NCBI GenBank assembly: GCA_001938485.1
Contig: MQRK01189838.1
Coordinates: forward strand, 4,076 to 56,625
Length of the DNA: 52,550 nucleotides
Direction of reading: 5' to 3'
Source: Girardia tigrina
Taxonomy: Eukaryota
The stretch's first letter is position 1. Every line of letters begins with the position of its first letter. A model generated the notes under the pieces. It made no database searches, was not told the DNA's origin, and saw nothing but the letters and a program-made list of their open reading frames with translations. Positions 25,871 to 38,700 of this stretch are shown here, one piece after another. Made by a program: the position numbers and the translations under genes.

Positions 25871-26906
25871 AATTATATAAAAAAATCTTTAATCAAATTA
25901 TATTTTCGAAATATATATATATATATATATATAATAAATAACACAGTAAAAACGCAGATCCTCAGCAAAATATAAAAAAAGGAAGTTGATATTTATGAGA
26001 AATAATTAGTAAATACGAACCAAAAAATAATTTATAGTTCACCAAGACAATCTATCACAGATCAAGTGAAGAATATTGTATCGTCAACAGTGAAAGTATA
26101 TGAGTCTGGACAATATTTCTTTGAATTTAAATGATACAGTAACATATCCACAATATTAGTTTCAGGATTATGACTTGTAAATGTTTTGAGTTTACCGGAA
26201 ATAAATTATCGTACAACAAATTGTGATTTTGTAGGAAATTGAGATTCTTAATATTCTTCTCCAATTGTATTTGGATAGTTGAAGGATGGCAGGATCAGCG
26301 ACGGTTCGGACTATTATCAGATTAATTACAAAGTGACTTATAATTCAATTTCTATAAATGATCGCCTCTAGCGACACTGATTTTGTTTTAATTTCAATAA
26401 ATTTTATTTTTTTAAATAATTTTTCTCTTAATTAATATTAAATTTTATTTTAGTTTTTCTAAATGGGAATGATCATTTGCATTAATGATTTCAGGTGGTT
26501 CCATGAGATTGAGCGCTGGTCAACTCTTTAAGCAATAAACATTAGTGTCATGAAGATGAATATCATCAAAATCATAATTTAATTTTAATTTTTTACGGTT
26601 TTTTTGTTGAATCTTGAATGTTCTTTTGAGTATCTGATTCTCTCTGAGTGGCCAAATCTTTGGATTTAGCTAAACTTTTAAAATAAGATAAATAATTATT
26701 TTCTAGCATTTTCGTTTTGCCAGTCTGAACAAAGCTGGCATCCGTTGGCCATACTAATATGGCAGCTGTTACAGATTGTTAAATTGAACAGTTTCACTGA
26801 CATTCTTATCCAATTCCTTTCCTTCCATTTCTAACATTGCTTGGTTTTTAAAGAATAAATAATGAATAAATAATTGATATATTATTTTGATACAAATAAA
26901 TATCCA

Positions 26907-26967
<61 letters not shown>

Positions 26968-27371
26968 GATTAATATTTAATGAACACTTGTCAAATTTGT
27001 TTATCAGACCTGATTTATTACACATTGAAAACATAAATAAATTAACATTAATACAAATTTATGGTTATAAATATTGTTTGCTTCACTAAAAAACACGACA
27101 AGTGCTTCCATTTGTTAATAGTTAAAACAATTTATTGGTGTAATATAACAAAATACGATGATCAAGATCAAACGGGGAATGTTTGATTGTTATAAAATTA
27201 ATTAAATTTTGTTTGTTTTCTTAGAATTTTCGGTGAATGTAAAATGACAAAACGAAGGTATACATGGGAAAAGATAAAATTGAAGGGAATGCATGAGTAC
27301 ACATTTGGATGGTATGGCTGCAAGCATCATAAAATGATAGCTTATATTATCAGTATATGAAATTTAAAGAT

Positions 27372-27417
<46 letters not shown>

Positions 27418-28149
27418 NNNNNNNNNNNNNNNNNNNNNNNNNNNNNNNNNNNNNNNNNNNNNNNNNNAATTTCAGATTTAAGTCCCTTTTATATAGCGGT
27501 AGACTGTTACACAATACTCAATTTAAGGCTTTTTTTTATTAATTTTAATTTTTTTTATTACTTTTTTTAATTAAAAAAAATAATAACAAGAAAAAACGTC
27601 TAAAATCAATATTCAAAATTTTAATTATTTATTCAAAAAGAAAAAAAAAGAAAAAGACAAAAAAAAGAAGAAAACTTAAAAGAAACAGAAGACAAAAACA
27701 AAACTAAGAATTAAAATATTTTAATATATTTTGAGGAATCACTTTGAACATTTAAGCATGGTTTATAATGCTTAATTAAATATAAAAAAAAGAATATATA
27801 TATATATATATATTCTTTCTGATCTCCTAAAAATAAATTAGAAATTATGAGAACATATTATTTTTGAATTGACAGTAAAACATTCAAGATGTTTACCCCC
27901 AAGTCCATAAGGCAATATTCATATCTCTCATAAACAAAATATAATTCATAAAACTTAATAAGAAACTAGATTTTTATCTTCTTTGTTCTATTTTACTCCA
28001 ATCTTGTCCTGTTTCTTGTTTGCAATTTTCCCAACCTATGTAGATCCTGATTATTTATTGTTACAGGGCTGAAAATTTAGGTATAAGCTAATGTCAATTG
28101 CCAACTCAAGCTATAAAAAAGTAAAAGTGATATAAAAATTCTAAAAGTT

Positions 28150-28722
28150 TTTTAACTCAGGTAAGCGTCGTACACATGTCGCAAAATTGAAATAGGCCTT
28201 TTAAAACTTCTCGGTGTTTTTAACACTAATGAAGTAGTTTCTATTGTAGCCATTGACACCCTGAAGTCATTCGAAAATATATGCGACTCAGTTCAGATAA
28301 TCATATGATACCAATTCAATACAACAGAGCACTTTCAGTCATTCTATTACCAGATTTTCGACAATCTTTTGTAGATATGAACCTTGGCCGGTCATTAGGA
28401 GAGAAGGAAACTAGAGATGGATTTAGAAATCTGGTTTATTTCTGGTAATATTTGGGAGACGATTAAGACATTTGTAGAAGAACAATAAAGAAACTACCGG
28501 AAACCAAGTTAATGTCGAAGAAAATGTAGAGACAAGAAGAGTTTTTGAAGTTGAAGACAGTGTTGATAAAAAAAGAAAATGTATCAAAAGAAGATGACCG
28601 TTACATGGGTCCGGCAAATGTGTTGAAACGAAATCATGAAAGGAGTTACGAGTTACAGCTCGAAGATGGTAGAACTTTGATTAGAAATGTTGAATGGTTA
28701 AAGCCATTTAAACCGAGAGGGA
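28150..28722 (+). mobile_element. Gypsy integrase C-terminal remnant plus polypurine tract (internal part of family A)
   Basis: DDRYMGPANVLKRNHERSYELQLEDGRTLIRNVEWLKPF (GPY/F-like), then GAGAGGGA directly before the LTR. The left boundary is approximate. Confidence 0.75.
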
Positions 28723-30611
28723 TGTGGGGAATGTTTTGAATTGTGTGTTGATATTGTGCATGTTGTATGTTGATTTGGATTGTGCCTCTCCTACACAGAT
28801 GGATGATTGGTATTTTCTTTGATTCCTGCTAATTAAAAATAATTTAATTTAATTTTAAAGTAAAAAGATTTTAAATAATTTGTGAATGTATTATTTATTT
28901 TTTAATGTAATTTAAAATTTTAATATATTAATTTAATATGCTCTTTTTTAAAAAATGTTTATACAGTGCGTTCAAAAAGTAACTGTGCACCTGCAATTTC
29001 AAAACAAGAACTATATCCTGTGTTCTAAAAATCAATAACAAAATATTTTGAATAGTCAATTTTATGTAAAGAACAATGACCGTCTCTTAATTTATTAAAA
29101 ATAACAAGAAAAGAGTCACAACAACTGCTGGNNNNNNNNNNNNNNNNNNNNNNNNNNNNNNNNNNNNNNNNNNNNNNNNNNNNNNNNNNNNNNNNNNNNN
29201 NNNNNNNNNNNNNNNNNNNNNNNNNNNNNNNNNNNNNNNNNNNNNNNNNNNNNNNNNNNNNNNNNNNNNNNNNNNNNNNNNNNNNNNNNNNNNNNNNNNN
29301 NNNNNNNNNNNNNNNNNNNNNNNNNNNNNNNNNNNNNNNNNNNNNNNNNNNNNNNNNNNNNNNNNNNNNNNNNNNNNNNNNNNNNNNNNNNNNNNNNNNN
29401 NNNNNNNNNNNNNNNNNNNNNNNNNNNNNNNNNNNNNNNNNNNNNNNNNNNNNNNNNNNNNNNNNNNNNNNNNNNNNNNNNNNNNNNNNNNNNNNNNNNN
29501 NNNNNNNNNNNNNNNNNNNNNNNNNNNNNNNNNNNNNNNNNNNNNNNNNNNNNNNNNNNNNNNNNNNNNNNNNNNNNNNNNNNNNNNNNNNNNNNNNNNN
29601 NNNNNNNNNNNNNNNNNNNNNNNNNNNNNNNNNNNNNNNNNNNNNNNNNNNNNNNNNNNNNNNNNNNNNNNNNNNNNNNNNNNNNNNNNNNNNNNNNNNN
29701 NNNNNNNNNNNNNNNNNNNNNNNNNNNNNNNNNNNNNNNNNNNNNNNNNNNNNNNNNNNNNNNNNNNNNNNNNNNNNNNNNNNNNNNNNNNNNNNNNNNN
29801 NNNNNNNNNNNNNNNNNNNNNNNNNNNNNNNNNNNNNNNNNNNNNNNNNNNNNNNNNNNNNNNNNNNNNNNNNNNNNNNNNNNNNNNNNNNNNNNNNNNC
29901 TTGAGATAAACGGCGCATTGACTTTGTTGGACTCTGGCTCATGGCTTTCGAAATAACATTGACTTTTTGCTCCGTTAAAATCGTTGGTCGACCTGAGCGG
30001 GAGGCATCATGAACTGATCCAGTTTCTCTGTACTTGTTCACTAACGCTCGAACTGAATTTCGATGAGGTATTGCTGTTGCGGGAAACTTTTCGGCAAATT
30101 TTTCCTTCACTGCTTCTGTGTATTCATCATTCGCACGAAGACATGTTCAATCAAAAATATTCTCTCCTCCGTTGACAAAACCATTTTCAATTGGAATTAA
30201 CTTCGCAATAAATTGACTTTCGTCAATGATTAGATTGAATATCAAAATAATATTTTTTTTAAAAAATTTAAAACGCTGAGTGTCAAGGTCAAAGTGTGTA
30301 GGTATGTTTTTTGCTCACGAATCTATTTCATAGTTCGATTTCATAGAAATTTGCATTTAAAAAGTCTGCTACAACGCTGATTATCTAAAAATAAACCAGA
30401 CAATGAAAGGTGCACAGTGACTTTCTGAACGCACTGTATTTAATTTTAACCAGTTAGATTCTTTATAATTAATAATTTTTATTCAAAAATTTTCATTTAT
30501 TGAAAATAATTAGTATGAATTCAGAAATATATTGATCAAGAAAACTGTACAATAGTGAATGTGCTTGTGATATTAATAAATGTTGTAAAACTTATATTGA
30601 TGTTGTTAATA
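28723..30611 (+). mobile_element. 3' LTR of Gypsy family A, split by a Tc1/mariner insertion
   Basis: Starts TGTGGGGAATG with a CAGATGGA core, resumes after 30438 and ends AATAAATGTT...GATGTTGTTAATA. Confidence 0.8.
28964..30436 (-). mobile_element. Tc1/mariner-superfamily transposon (DUF4817-like HTH), centre hidden by the N-gap
   Basis: 29-bp TIR CAGTGCGTTCA(A/G)AAAGT(A/C)ACTGTGCACCT with TA flanks; LVNKYRETGSVHDASRSGRPTIL...SPTKSMRRLS; C-terminus QQLL*. Confidence 0.92.
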
Positions 30612-31871
30612 ATAGACATATATGTATCTGTATTCGTGGAATTTAAACTAATGTTTGAAGGCTTTTTACTGAATCAATTTTCTTTGAACTTTTCACACTT
30701 ACTCATTCTCCATGACAATAATTTATTATGTGAAAATTTGATCAAACTAGCAAATCAAAAAAAATGTTTTACGATTATTCACAAATTTTTAAAATGTGTG
30801 ATATAGAAATGTTTTAATAATAATAAATTTATTATACTATTAGTAACTATTTAATTGCGAAATGGAGTTGTAAAAAATTTGGTATGAAATTTTCCCTCCT
30901 ACAAAAGATTACAAAAAAATCTCTTCGCGAAGTAGATTTCTTCCCTCATAAACAGTGGATTAAAAATATTTTTTGATTTACTAGTTACTTTATTTTTTTA
31001 CTTTATTGTGGTTTTTATTAAAAAAATAATTTTTAATTCGATGATATTTATCTGAAAATTATAATCCTAACGTTAAACAGTCTAATTATTAAAATATAAA
31101 AAAAACTTAATTTAATTCTCAATAATTACTCCGATTTACAAAAGAACTCCACAAAATGCTTTTACATTCTTTGATTTAAAAAGAACTCTCACGAAATAAC
31201 CCTATTTATTATTCAACACGTTTTCTTGACCAAATTTTTTTCTTTTCAAAAATTTTCTTTTAGTATTGCTTAAACAAAAATTTAAAGATTCTTTTGATTA
31301 AATCAAGAAAGAAACAAAAAGAGATTTCCTTCTATGCAAGCTAAATGAATTAGAGAATTTCATTAAGAAGTTATTTTTTATATATTTCTTTTAAATAAAT
31401 TGACATTTAATAAATATTTAAATAAAAATAATGTTAAAAATAAGGGAATGATTTTTATTATATATGTTTATATAAAATTTAAAATTCAAAAATTGATTGA
31501 CCGTTTAAACAACAGTGATAAGTCATTAAATTACTAATTATCGTAATCAATCGTCTGGAAAAAAATATTTTAAAATGGTTTTAAGAACAATTTTATTTTT
31601 TTTAATAATAAGTGTTTATAAAAATGATATGTAATATTCTGAACTAAATACTATCTGGCCTTTATATAATTTGCCTTGGAGACTGAGCTCGGGATATGTA
31701 CTGCTTCTCGATCGGTTGTCTTTGTGCGCCCTCGGGTGGTTGCCTTCTGAATTATATTCTTCTGAAAGACCAATAGAAATAGGCTAACTGATGACTCCAC
31801 AATTCAATGATAGCTGAACCTACTTTTAACTAAAAACAATAATAATAAGTAAATAATAATCAAACAGGTTA

Positions 31872-33172
31872 TACCATTTTCCGGTCAAATTGAATATTTT
31901 ACCAATGAATCGCAACATTTTGTTCAAAAATTTAAATCAGAAATTTTAACTAATAACTAACCTAATAAATAAGTTAGGGTTAATATTAAATATAGAAATA
32001 TAAAAAAAATATCAAATAAAAAACGTCAAAGCTTAATTAGACTCGTCTGTGAACAAGGACAGAGTATATAAGAAGCATCAGAGATCGTTCAAATTAACTA
32101 TAATCCAGCAAGAGTGATAGTCGATTAATATAACAAGCACAATATTGTTAACCTCAAAGCAAAAGGTGGTTCAATAAGAACAGATCTCACAGCGCATAAC
32201 ATAAACAAAATTGAGGATATCATTACATTTAACCCACAGTTTACACTTAAAGAAATTAAAGAAAAGCTTGAGCAAGCAGCTGATCCGAAAATTTCGATAT
32301 CAATTTCTAGCATTAATAGATGCTTAGAAGAGCTAAATATAACTATGAAACTTTCCCATAGAGAGCTGGATAGAGTTAATTCAGCCGAATAAATCCTTTT
32401 GAGAAAGGAATATGCGTTATGTTTTAACAACCATTTCAACAATGATTTTTCAAGGGCGATATTTATCGATGAATCATCTCTTAATTTACATTTAAAAAGA
32501 TCTCATGCGAGATCGAAGCAAGGAATTTGTGCGATAGTATCAACACCAACAGTAAGAGGTAGATCAATTTCTTTAATTGCAAGTATGACAATAAACGGAA
32601 TGGGCTATTGCAAAACAATTGCTAACTCTACCGTCAATGCTAATATTTTTACTGAATATATTACCGAACTATTTTGCTATTTGAGAGATCTTCTTCATAT
32701 GGAAAAAGTTTGTTTAATAATGGATAACCTCAGAATACATAAAAAAGAAATTGAAAGAATAACTTCAAAATTTAATTTTGAATTTAAATTCCTTTCACCT
32801 TATTCTTATATGCTTAACCCTATTGAAAATGCTTTTTCAAAATTTAAGAATGCTGTAAGATCAAAATTAAGATTGTGGACTAATGGATAATTGTTGTCTG
32901 AAATGATGTTATTTGAAAGATAACATAACGGTATCAGATAGCGCGGGATATTTTAAGAACATTCTTCGAAATATTATAAACTGCACAGCAGAATTGTCAT
33001 ATGTTCATCGTTAAACAAGTTGTTATTACGAGTTGTTAATATATTAATAAACTATTATCATATCTTGTTTTTTTATTGTATACATGTTCAATTTGAATAA
33101 TAAAATGTTGTGATTCATTGGTAAAATGTTCAATTTGAAAAACAAAATGTTCAAATTAAACGGAAAATGGTA
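31872..33172 (+). mobile_element. IS630/Tc1-type transposon with inactive transposase
   Basis: TIR TACCATTTTCCG with TA flanks; IFIDES, LIMDN and FLSPYSYMLNPIE motifs; several in-frame stops 5' of ORF 32399-32890. Confidence 0.92.
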
Positions 33173-33300
33173 TATTAACTATTAACGGACAGTTAAAAAA
33201 AAGTTAATAGGGTCACACAAAAGAAAAATGAGATATGGAAGAGCTTGAGTAATTGAATTTACTTTTATTGGATTGAATAATTATTGTAATACTGACAGAG

Positions 33301-34296
33301 CCGTACGTGACGTTTAGTTGCGGCCGTTTAGTCACCGGACAATTAGTCGTCGGATTTATTTATCCTTATATAAATAATATTTTAAATGTTATGTACGTCG
33401 CTGTATGTAGCATTATGTTGTTTTTCATTTTAAATTGAGATTTTTTATTTTAAAATGAATTTTTTCAATTAAAATTCAGATTTTCAATTCCCTAAAATTA
33501 TAAAAGTAAAGAAAATGAAACATTCTCAGTTTTATATGAAAAAAGTTCTTTTAAAATAAAAAATCTCAATTTAAAAGGAAAAAAATCTTAATGGATCTTA
33601 TAATTATATCTTAAACCTTATTGCACTAATCTTTGTGCCCGTTGATAATCTAGAAAACGCCATCCATGCATTAAAACAGCATATTGCGATAGAATTGATA
33701 GGGACTAATGATTCTTTTGAAGATTCATATCTTGGTCGGTTAAACAGGGATGGAATCAGAAGAAAGCCAATTTTTGCACCTTACATTTGGTCAGTTTATG
33801 AACGAAATCTTGCAAGTTATTCAATAACGAACAATTATGCCGAAGTTGCACACAGAAGATTGCAAGGTGAATTCAAAGTTAGTTACCCGAATATATGGAA
33901 AATTATTGATGGATTGAAGATGGTTCAAAAAAATCGAGATATGATGTTTGAACAGTATATTCAAGGCGATGTGAGACCTACAAACAGAAATAAATATGTG
34001 GAGGCTGTTACAAGAATTTTAAGAATTGTTCTAAATTATTCAGAAAGAGATATAATTGAATATCTTCCTAGACTAGCGCATAATTTTTTGATGGAATGGA
34101 CTTATAATTAAAATGGTTCTTTTTGATTTTTAAAAAATTGTTACTTTAATCAAATTTACATGTTTAATATCTTTCTTTTATACGCAACTTCATTTTTCGC
34201 GAGTTATAATTTTCCGGCGACTAATTTCTGGCGACTAATTGTCTGGTGACTAATTATCTGGTGACTAATTTTCCGGCGACCAAACGTCCTGATCCG
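33301..34296 (+). mobile_element. Internally deleted MULE with 15-bp subterminal repeats
   Basis: 9-bp TSD CTGACAGAG/CAGACAGAG and repeated CCGG(C/T)GACTAATT. ORF 33635-34111 (IWSVYER..ITNNYAEVAHRR..PNIWKIID) is a MULE transposase C-terminus. Confidence 0.88.
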
Positions 34297-34477
34297 CAGA
34301 CAGAGATTATTGTTTATTTTATTTTCTTTTTATTTATTATTTATTTTCTTTTTTTGTAATTATATTGGAAACGTTACGTTAGTAGATTTCTATTCTGCTT
34401 TTATTGAATTATTTCAAAAAACTTGTTGCATCCTTGATTTGGTAGATTTGTTTTAAGTTGAAACTTAATTTGAAAAT

Positions 34478-34568
34478 CGATATTTTTTATATTAAATGTT
34501 AATATTAGTTTCATAATGGAATTAAAAAAAATTAAAAACGTTACCGAATTCGTGAATTCGGCATAACA
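34478..34568 (-). mobile_element. End fragment of the TGTTATGCCGAATT element family
   Basis: Inverted match to ~5106-5200. Confidence 0.7.
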
Positions 34569-34978
34569 TATGCCCATAATATATGGATGAAAGATTGTAT
34601 TATTTTGCCAAACACAAATTTAAAATCATGTGTACTTTAATTAATTCAGTGTGAACTTAGTTTAGCAATATTCATGTAATATTTACAATATCACGTACTT
34701 TGAAGAGAAATTACGAAGTCTCTGCAAATCAAAAACAAAAATACAGTCGGGTAAATGGTAGTAGTAAAATTTGTAAAGATAGAAAGAAATGTAAAAATAA
34801 TCTAGAAATCAGAAGTTTCAAAGTTGTGTTTCAATTCCGTAAATTATAGAGACAGAATATTAAAATTAATTAATTAAGAACTTATGATCAAATAAATAAC
34901 AGTAATAGTTCAGAATTATAAAAAATTTCATAAAAGCATGATAAAAGTTAACAAAGAAGAAATATATATCCAAATAGA

Positions 34979-35020
34979 GGTGACCAGACAATTGCGTAAA
35001 GACAATTGCGTCCATAAAAT
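34979..35020 (+). mobile_element. Possible single MULE-like terminus
   Basis: GGTGACCAGACAATTGCGTAAAGACAATTGCGTCC, a 15-bp subterminal repeat. Confidence 0.35.
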
Positions 35021-37083
35021 TTAAGAACTCTGTCTTCCGTCATAAAGTATTTGTCGAAAATTATTTATGTTTTTTAATTAAATTTTATTAATTAACTGTT
35101 TCATTGTGATATGACTATCACCTAAAATTTGTTCCAAACCTGTTTATATTTCCTCATTCTTTGATTTTATATAAATTTGCACACATTATATATAAATCTG
35201 TATACATTATATTATATAATTCTTTACTACCATGAATTCTTTACTACCTTGTTTGAATTTTTATACGAATAATTTGCCATTGATTTTTAAAATCATTATT
35301 TTATATTGTTATATGGCTAATATTAACTGACTTCCTCTGCTTGTGTTTTTGTGTATTTGATATAAGTCTTGCAAACAATTTTTCACCAACTTGTTCATCA
35401 CATTTTGTCCCATTGTATAATTACAATGACAATATATGAATCAATTAAAAGATTTTCTAACTAAAGGATTAATTAGTCATTTTTTATAAAAAAACGTTTT
35501 TAACATTGTAGTGATCCTCAAAAATAACCAAAAAAAAATGAAGAGAATGAAATAAAAAACAATAACGTTAAAAAATTCATACTAACAATGTCGTTGTTTT
35601 ACCGCTTCACTTTTTTAATTAAATGATGAAAATATTATGATTTCGATGTCGATGTAAATAAAACTTTGCTCAATATGACTTTTTCGAACGTTATTTTTCT
35701 CGCGGATCGGAATCTTCTGCACAGATTGTTGCATCTGGCGTCGTTCATCGCTCTCTCATCGGTCCACTTGGTCGGATTCCGACCTCTCGCTCCGAGGGTC
35801 TGGGGGCGATTGGGGCCGAAGCGCTACCGTCTCCGAGAGAGTTTACCGATGATGTCGCCGGCTACGGCGGCGAGAACGACCAAACTGGCGAGCTTCTGAT
35901 GATCCGACAGCGCTCACGGGCCCCTCAGACCGGCAGGTTACCGTCAGTCCAGAGGAACCGCCAAGGAGGCGAGCTTGCTCGGTTGTCTGCGGAACCGGTG
36001 TTACTACCCGCATTTGTGTGACTGGCGACCCAGCTTCTCCTGGTGGGTGCCAGGCTTCGTAAACTTTTGAATTTTTGAAATGTGATTACTTTGAATTTTT
36101 TATATTTTTAGTATTAAATATTTTTTGGATTCCTTACTTATTAATAGTTTTTTTGCTGTATATTTATAATGAGAAAATTTCAAAAGGAAAATTATTGATT
36201 TTCTTAACTCATTATATCCTATCATTTTGCTTAAACAGCACTCTAAAGACGAAGCTATAAACAGGAAACGATTCATTCAAAACGTTTCGAGTCGAAATGA
36301 AAAATTCAGGATTTCACCATGATTCCACTGTTAGACTACACCAAAACATATTTCAAAATGTTCTTCTTCACCAGTCGGTCATTTTGCGATCCCAGTCGGC
36401 CGAATCAATCAAATCGTTAAAAATCTTATGATTTAGAGTCATCCTCCACGTTAGGGCTGGCGAACTTATAGATTTTTTAAATTTTTAAAATAGTATTAAT
36501 ATAAACTTTAGATTTAAACTTTAAATATAAACTTAAGATCTAAACTTTAGATATAAACTTTAAATAAATTTAATAAACATGTTGGAAATAAAGGGATTTA
36601 TTAAAAAAAATAATAAAATTAATATTTTATAAAATTTCGATTTTAAAAAGTCTAAAATTAATAAGTTGAGATAAAGTTTTTAATAAAAAATATTTACATG
36701 AATTTATGACGATTATAAAATCAAATTTTGTATATATACTTATTTATTTCTGACTCGTACAAAATAAGAAAATATTTCCGCGAAAAATTGTTTTAAAAAT
36801 CGTTATTTTTATAGAAATATATTTTTACGTGTTATGACTTCAAATAACGATTTCGAACCTAATACTCCATAAATAGGCTCCACCGATTTCAAGTAAGATT
36901 TCGATGTGTAAAATAATCCGCAAAATTCCGTCTAGAGAATATTTCAGTCGTTGAATTAATAACAATATAATTCTGATTTTTTGAAAAAGTATTTCTTTTA
37001 TATTTTACTTGTTATTTTCTCAAACACTTTGATATAAATTAAAACATTTGTGTGAAATTAAATTTTAATTGAAATCTTTTAGA

Positions 37084-37944
37084 ATGTCAAACCAAACTGA
37101 TCCCAGTTTATCTCAGTATGAGTTGGTGTTAAGGTTTTCCCCAAATAAAATATATATAGATCGCTATATGACAATATTGTGGCTTCTTATTGGTTTCGTT
37201 GGGAATATCACTTCCTTCTTGATTTGGATAGAACCAAAAATGAGAAGAGAAAATTCTTCAGCTATATATTTGGCGGCCTTATCTCTGAACGATTTCCTAG
37301 TACTAGTTTATGTTCTCATACAAGATCTTCAATACTCTTGGAACAGAAAAGTGTTGAAATATAAATTCTGTCCCATCTACATGGTTGTCAGCACTTGCAG
37401 TCAATTATTTTCCCCAGTTCTTGTCTTGGCTTTTACAATTGAACGCTGGATTGCAATATGCTACCCATTTAAAAGGCATTCCTTATGTACTCCAAAAAGA
37501 GCAATCATTGTCAGTATTTCCCTCTATATATTTGTATTGTGTTATAATATATTCAACGGATTTATGTGGGGCTATGATGTAAGAACAGATTCCTGCGTAT
37601 ATCGACCTATGAATGAAAGCACAGTACATATTCAAGTGAATTACATTTGGGCAACTGAAATTATTTTCAGTGGATGTGTTCCCCTTCTGATTTTAGGATT
37701 CAATATATTAGTAATTAAAGAAATGTACCGAATTACGAACGGAAACAGATCAAATAGTGTCAGTAATAGTGTACAAGCAAATGATCCAAAACAACGATTA
37801 AACTGCGAAAGATCGTTTCTGTTCACAACGGTCATGTTATTAGTTGTCAGTTTTTATTTGTTTTTCACTACGCTACCAGTCGGAATTATGTTTGCCCTGC
37901 AACAAGTCGTAACCCTACCCGATGAATCTCTACCGTTATCCCAG
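37084..37944 (+). CDS. Class A (rhodopsin-like) GPCR, FMRFamide/peptide-receptor-like orphan; exon encoding N-terminus to TM6
   Basis: Uninterrupted 287 codons: GFVGN (TM1), YLAALSLND (TM2), C...FTIERWIAICYPF (TM3), CVPLLILGFN (TM5) and FFTTLP (TM6). It ends at the phase-0 donor CAG|GTAAAT; TM7 is absent. Confidence 0.93.
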
Positions 37945-38379
37945 GTAAATATTTCTAAATTATTATAATATTCATTTAATAATCATTATTGGTGATTAAA
38001 TTGATATATAAGTAATGTTTTTGTTGATAAATAGTCCGTGGAGTCTCTGGGGTTGGTGTCATCCAGTGTGGTTAAGTCCCTGTTTCACCTCTCCAGATTT
38101 TGACTATAGATTTATTGTTATTTATTCTGCATGTAATAAATCAACAGTATCAAAATGATAGAAAAAGAAAACAAGTTAACTGGAGGTAAGCGTTTACAAG
38201 TATTAAAGAACTGTAAATATGTTTGGTAATATAAATTTACCCATTCTTTAAAATGTACATTTCCTGGTCTTTAGAGCTACAAACCTTTCAATTACTTCAT
38301 CAAAGTCTATGTCCTTCACCATCTCTCTTAAAATTATAATATCTAGATCTGTTAATAACATGTGTGATAATAATGCAAC

Positions 38380-38700
38380 CAAATTTATACCTTATTAATT
38401 ACCGCGTCCCTAAAACTCTCTAAATTTTGATTCAACCAGCTCTGAATCTCAAAAACATGGTCCCAAGATGTTCTGCAGATTTAATTGTGACCCCCCACTG
38501 TGCTACCTTTTAGTCCTGAATTTATTCAACTATGATCAGTTATCCGCTTTTGAAATATGACTGGACTGTTTGCTCGCCATTTTTTATTAAGTGCCACCCG
38601 GTATGGTCTGAATTACTCGCACCCCTTACGGACTTTGTTGTAAATAGTTTGGCTTTAACTTGATTTATAAGATTAGCATTCGAAAAGAAAAGTGTCTTTT
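38380..38700 (+). mobile_element. Possible very decayed Gypsy RT/connection fragment
   Basis: WSELLAPLTDF...LAFEK-like residues only. Confidence 0.3.

Noticed and set aside
29025-30110. 361-aa ORF (also the ORFs at 47404-47955 and 27357-27542)
   Set aside because: Their lengths are artefacts of translating through N-gaps.
32125-32442. Antisense ORFs over transposases, RT or the GPCR (also 10116-10448, 37641-37835, 44039-44335, 46049-46318)
   Set aside because: They are shadow frames of coding sequence on the opposite strand.
36435-36472. HDV-like ribozyme around TCCTCCACGT
   Set aside because: P3, P1 and P2 pairings cannot be built. The adjacent TAGGGCTGGCGAAC looks more like a DNA transposon end.
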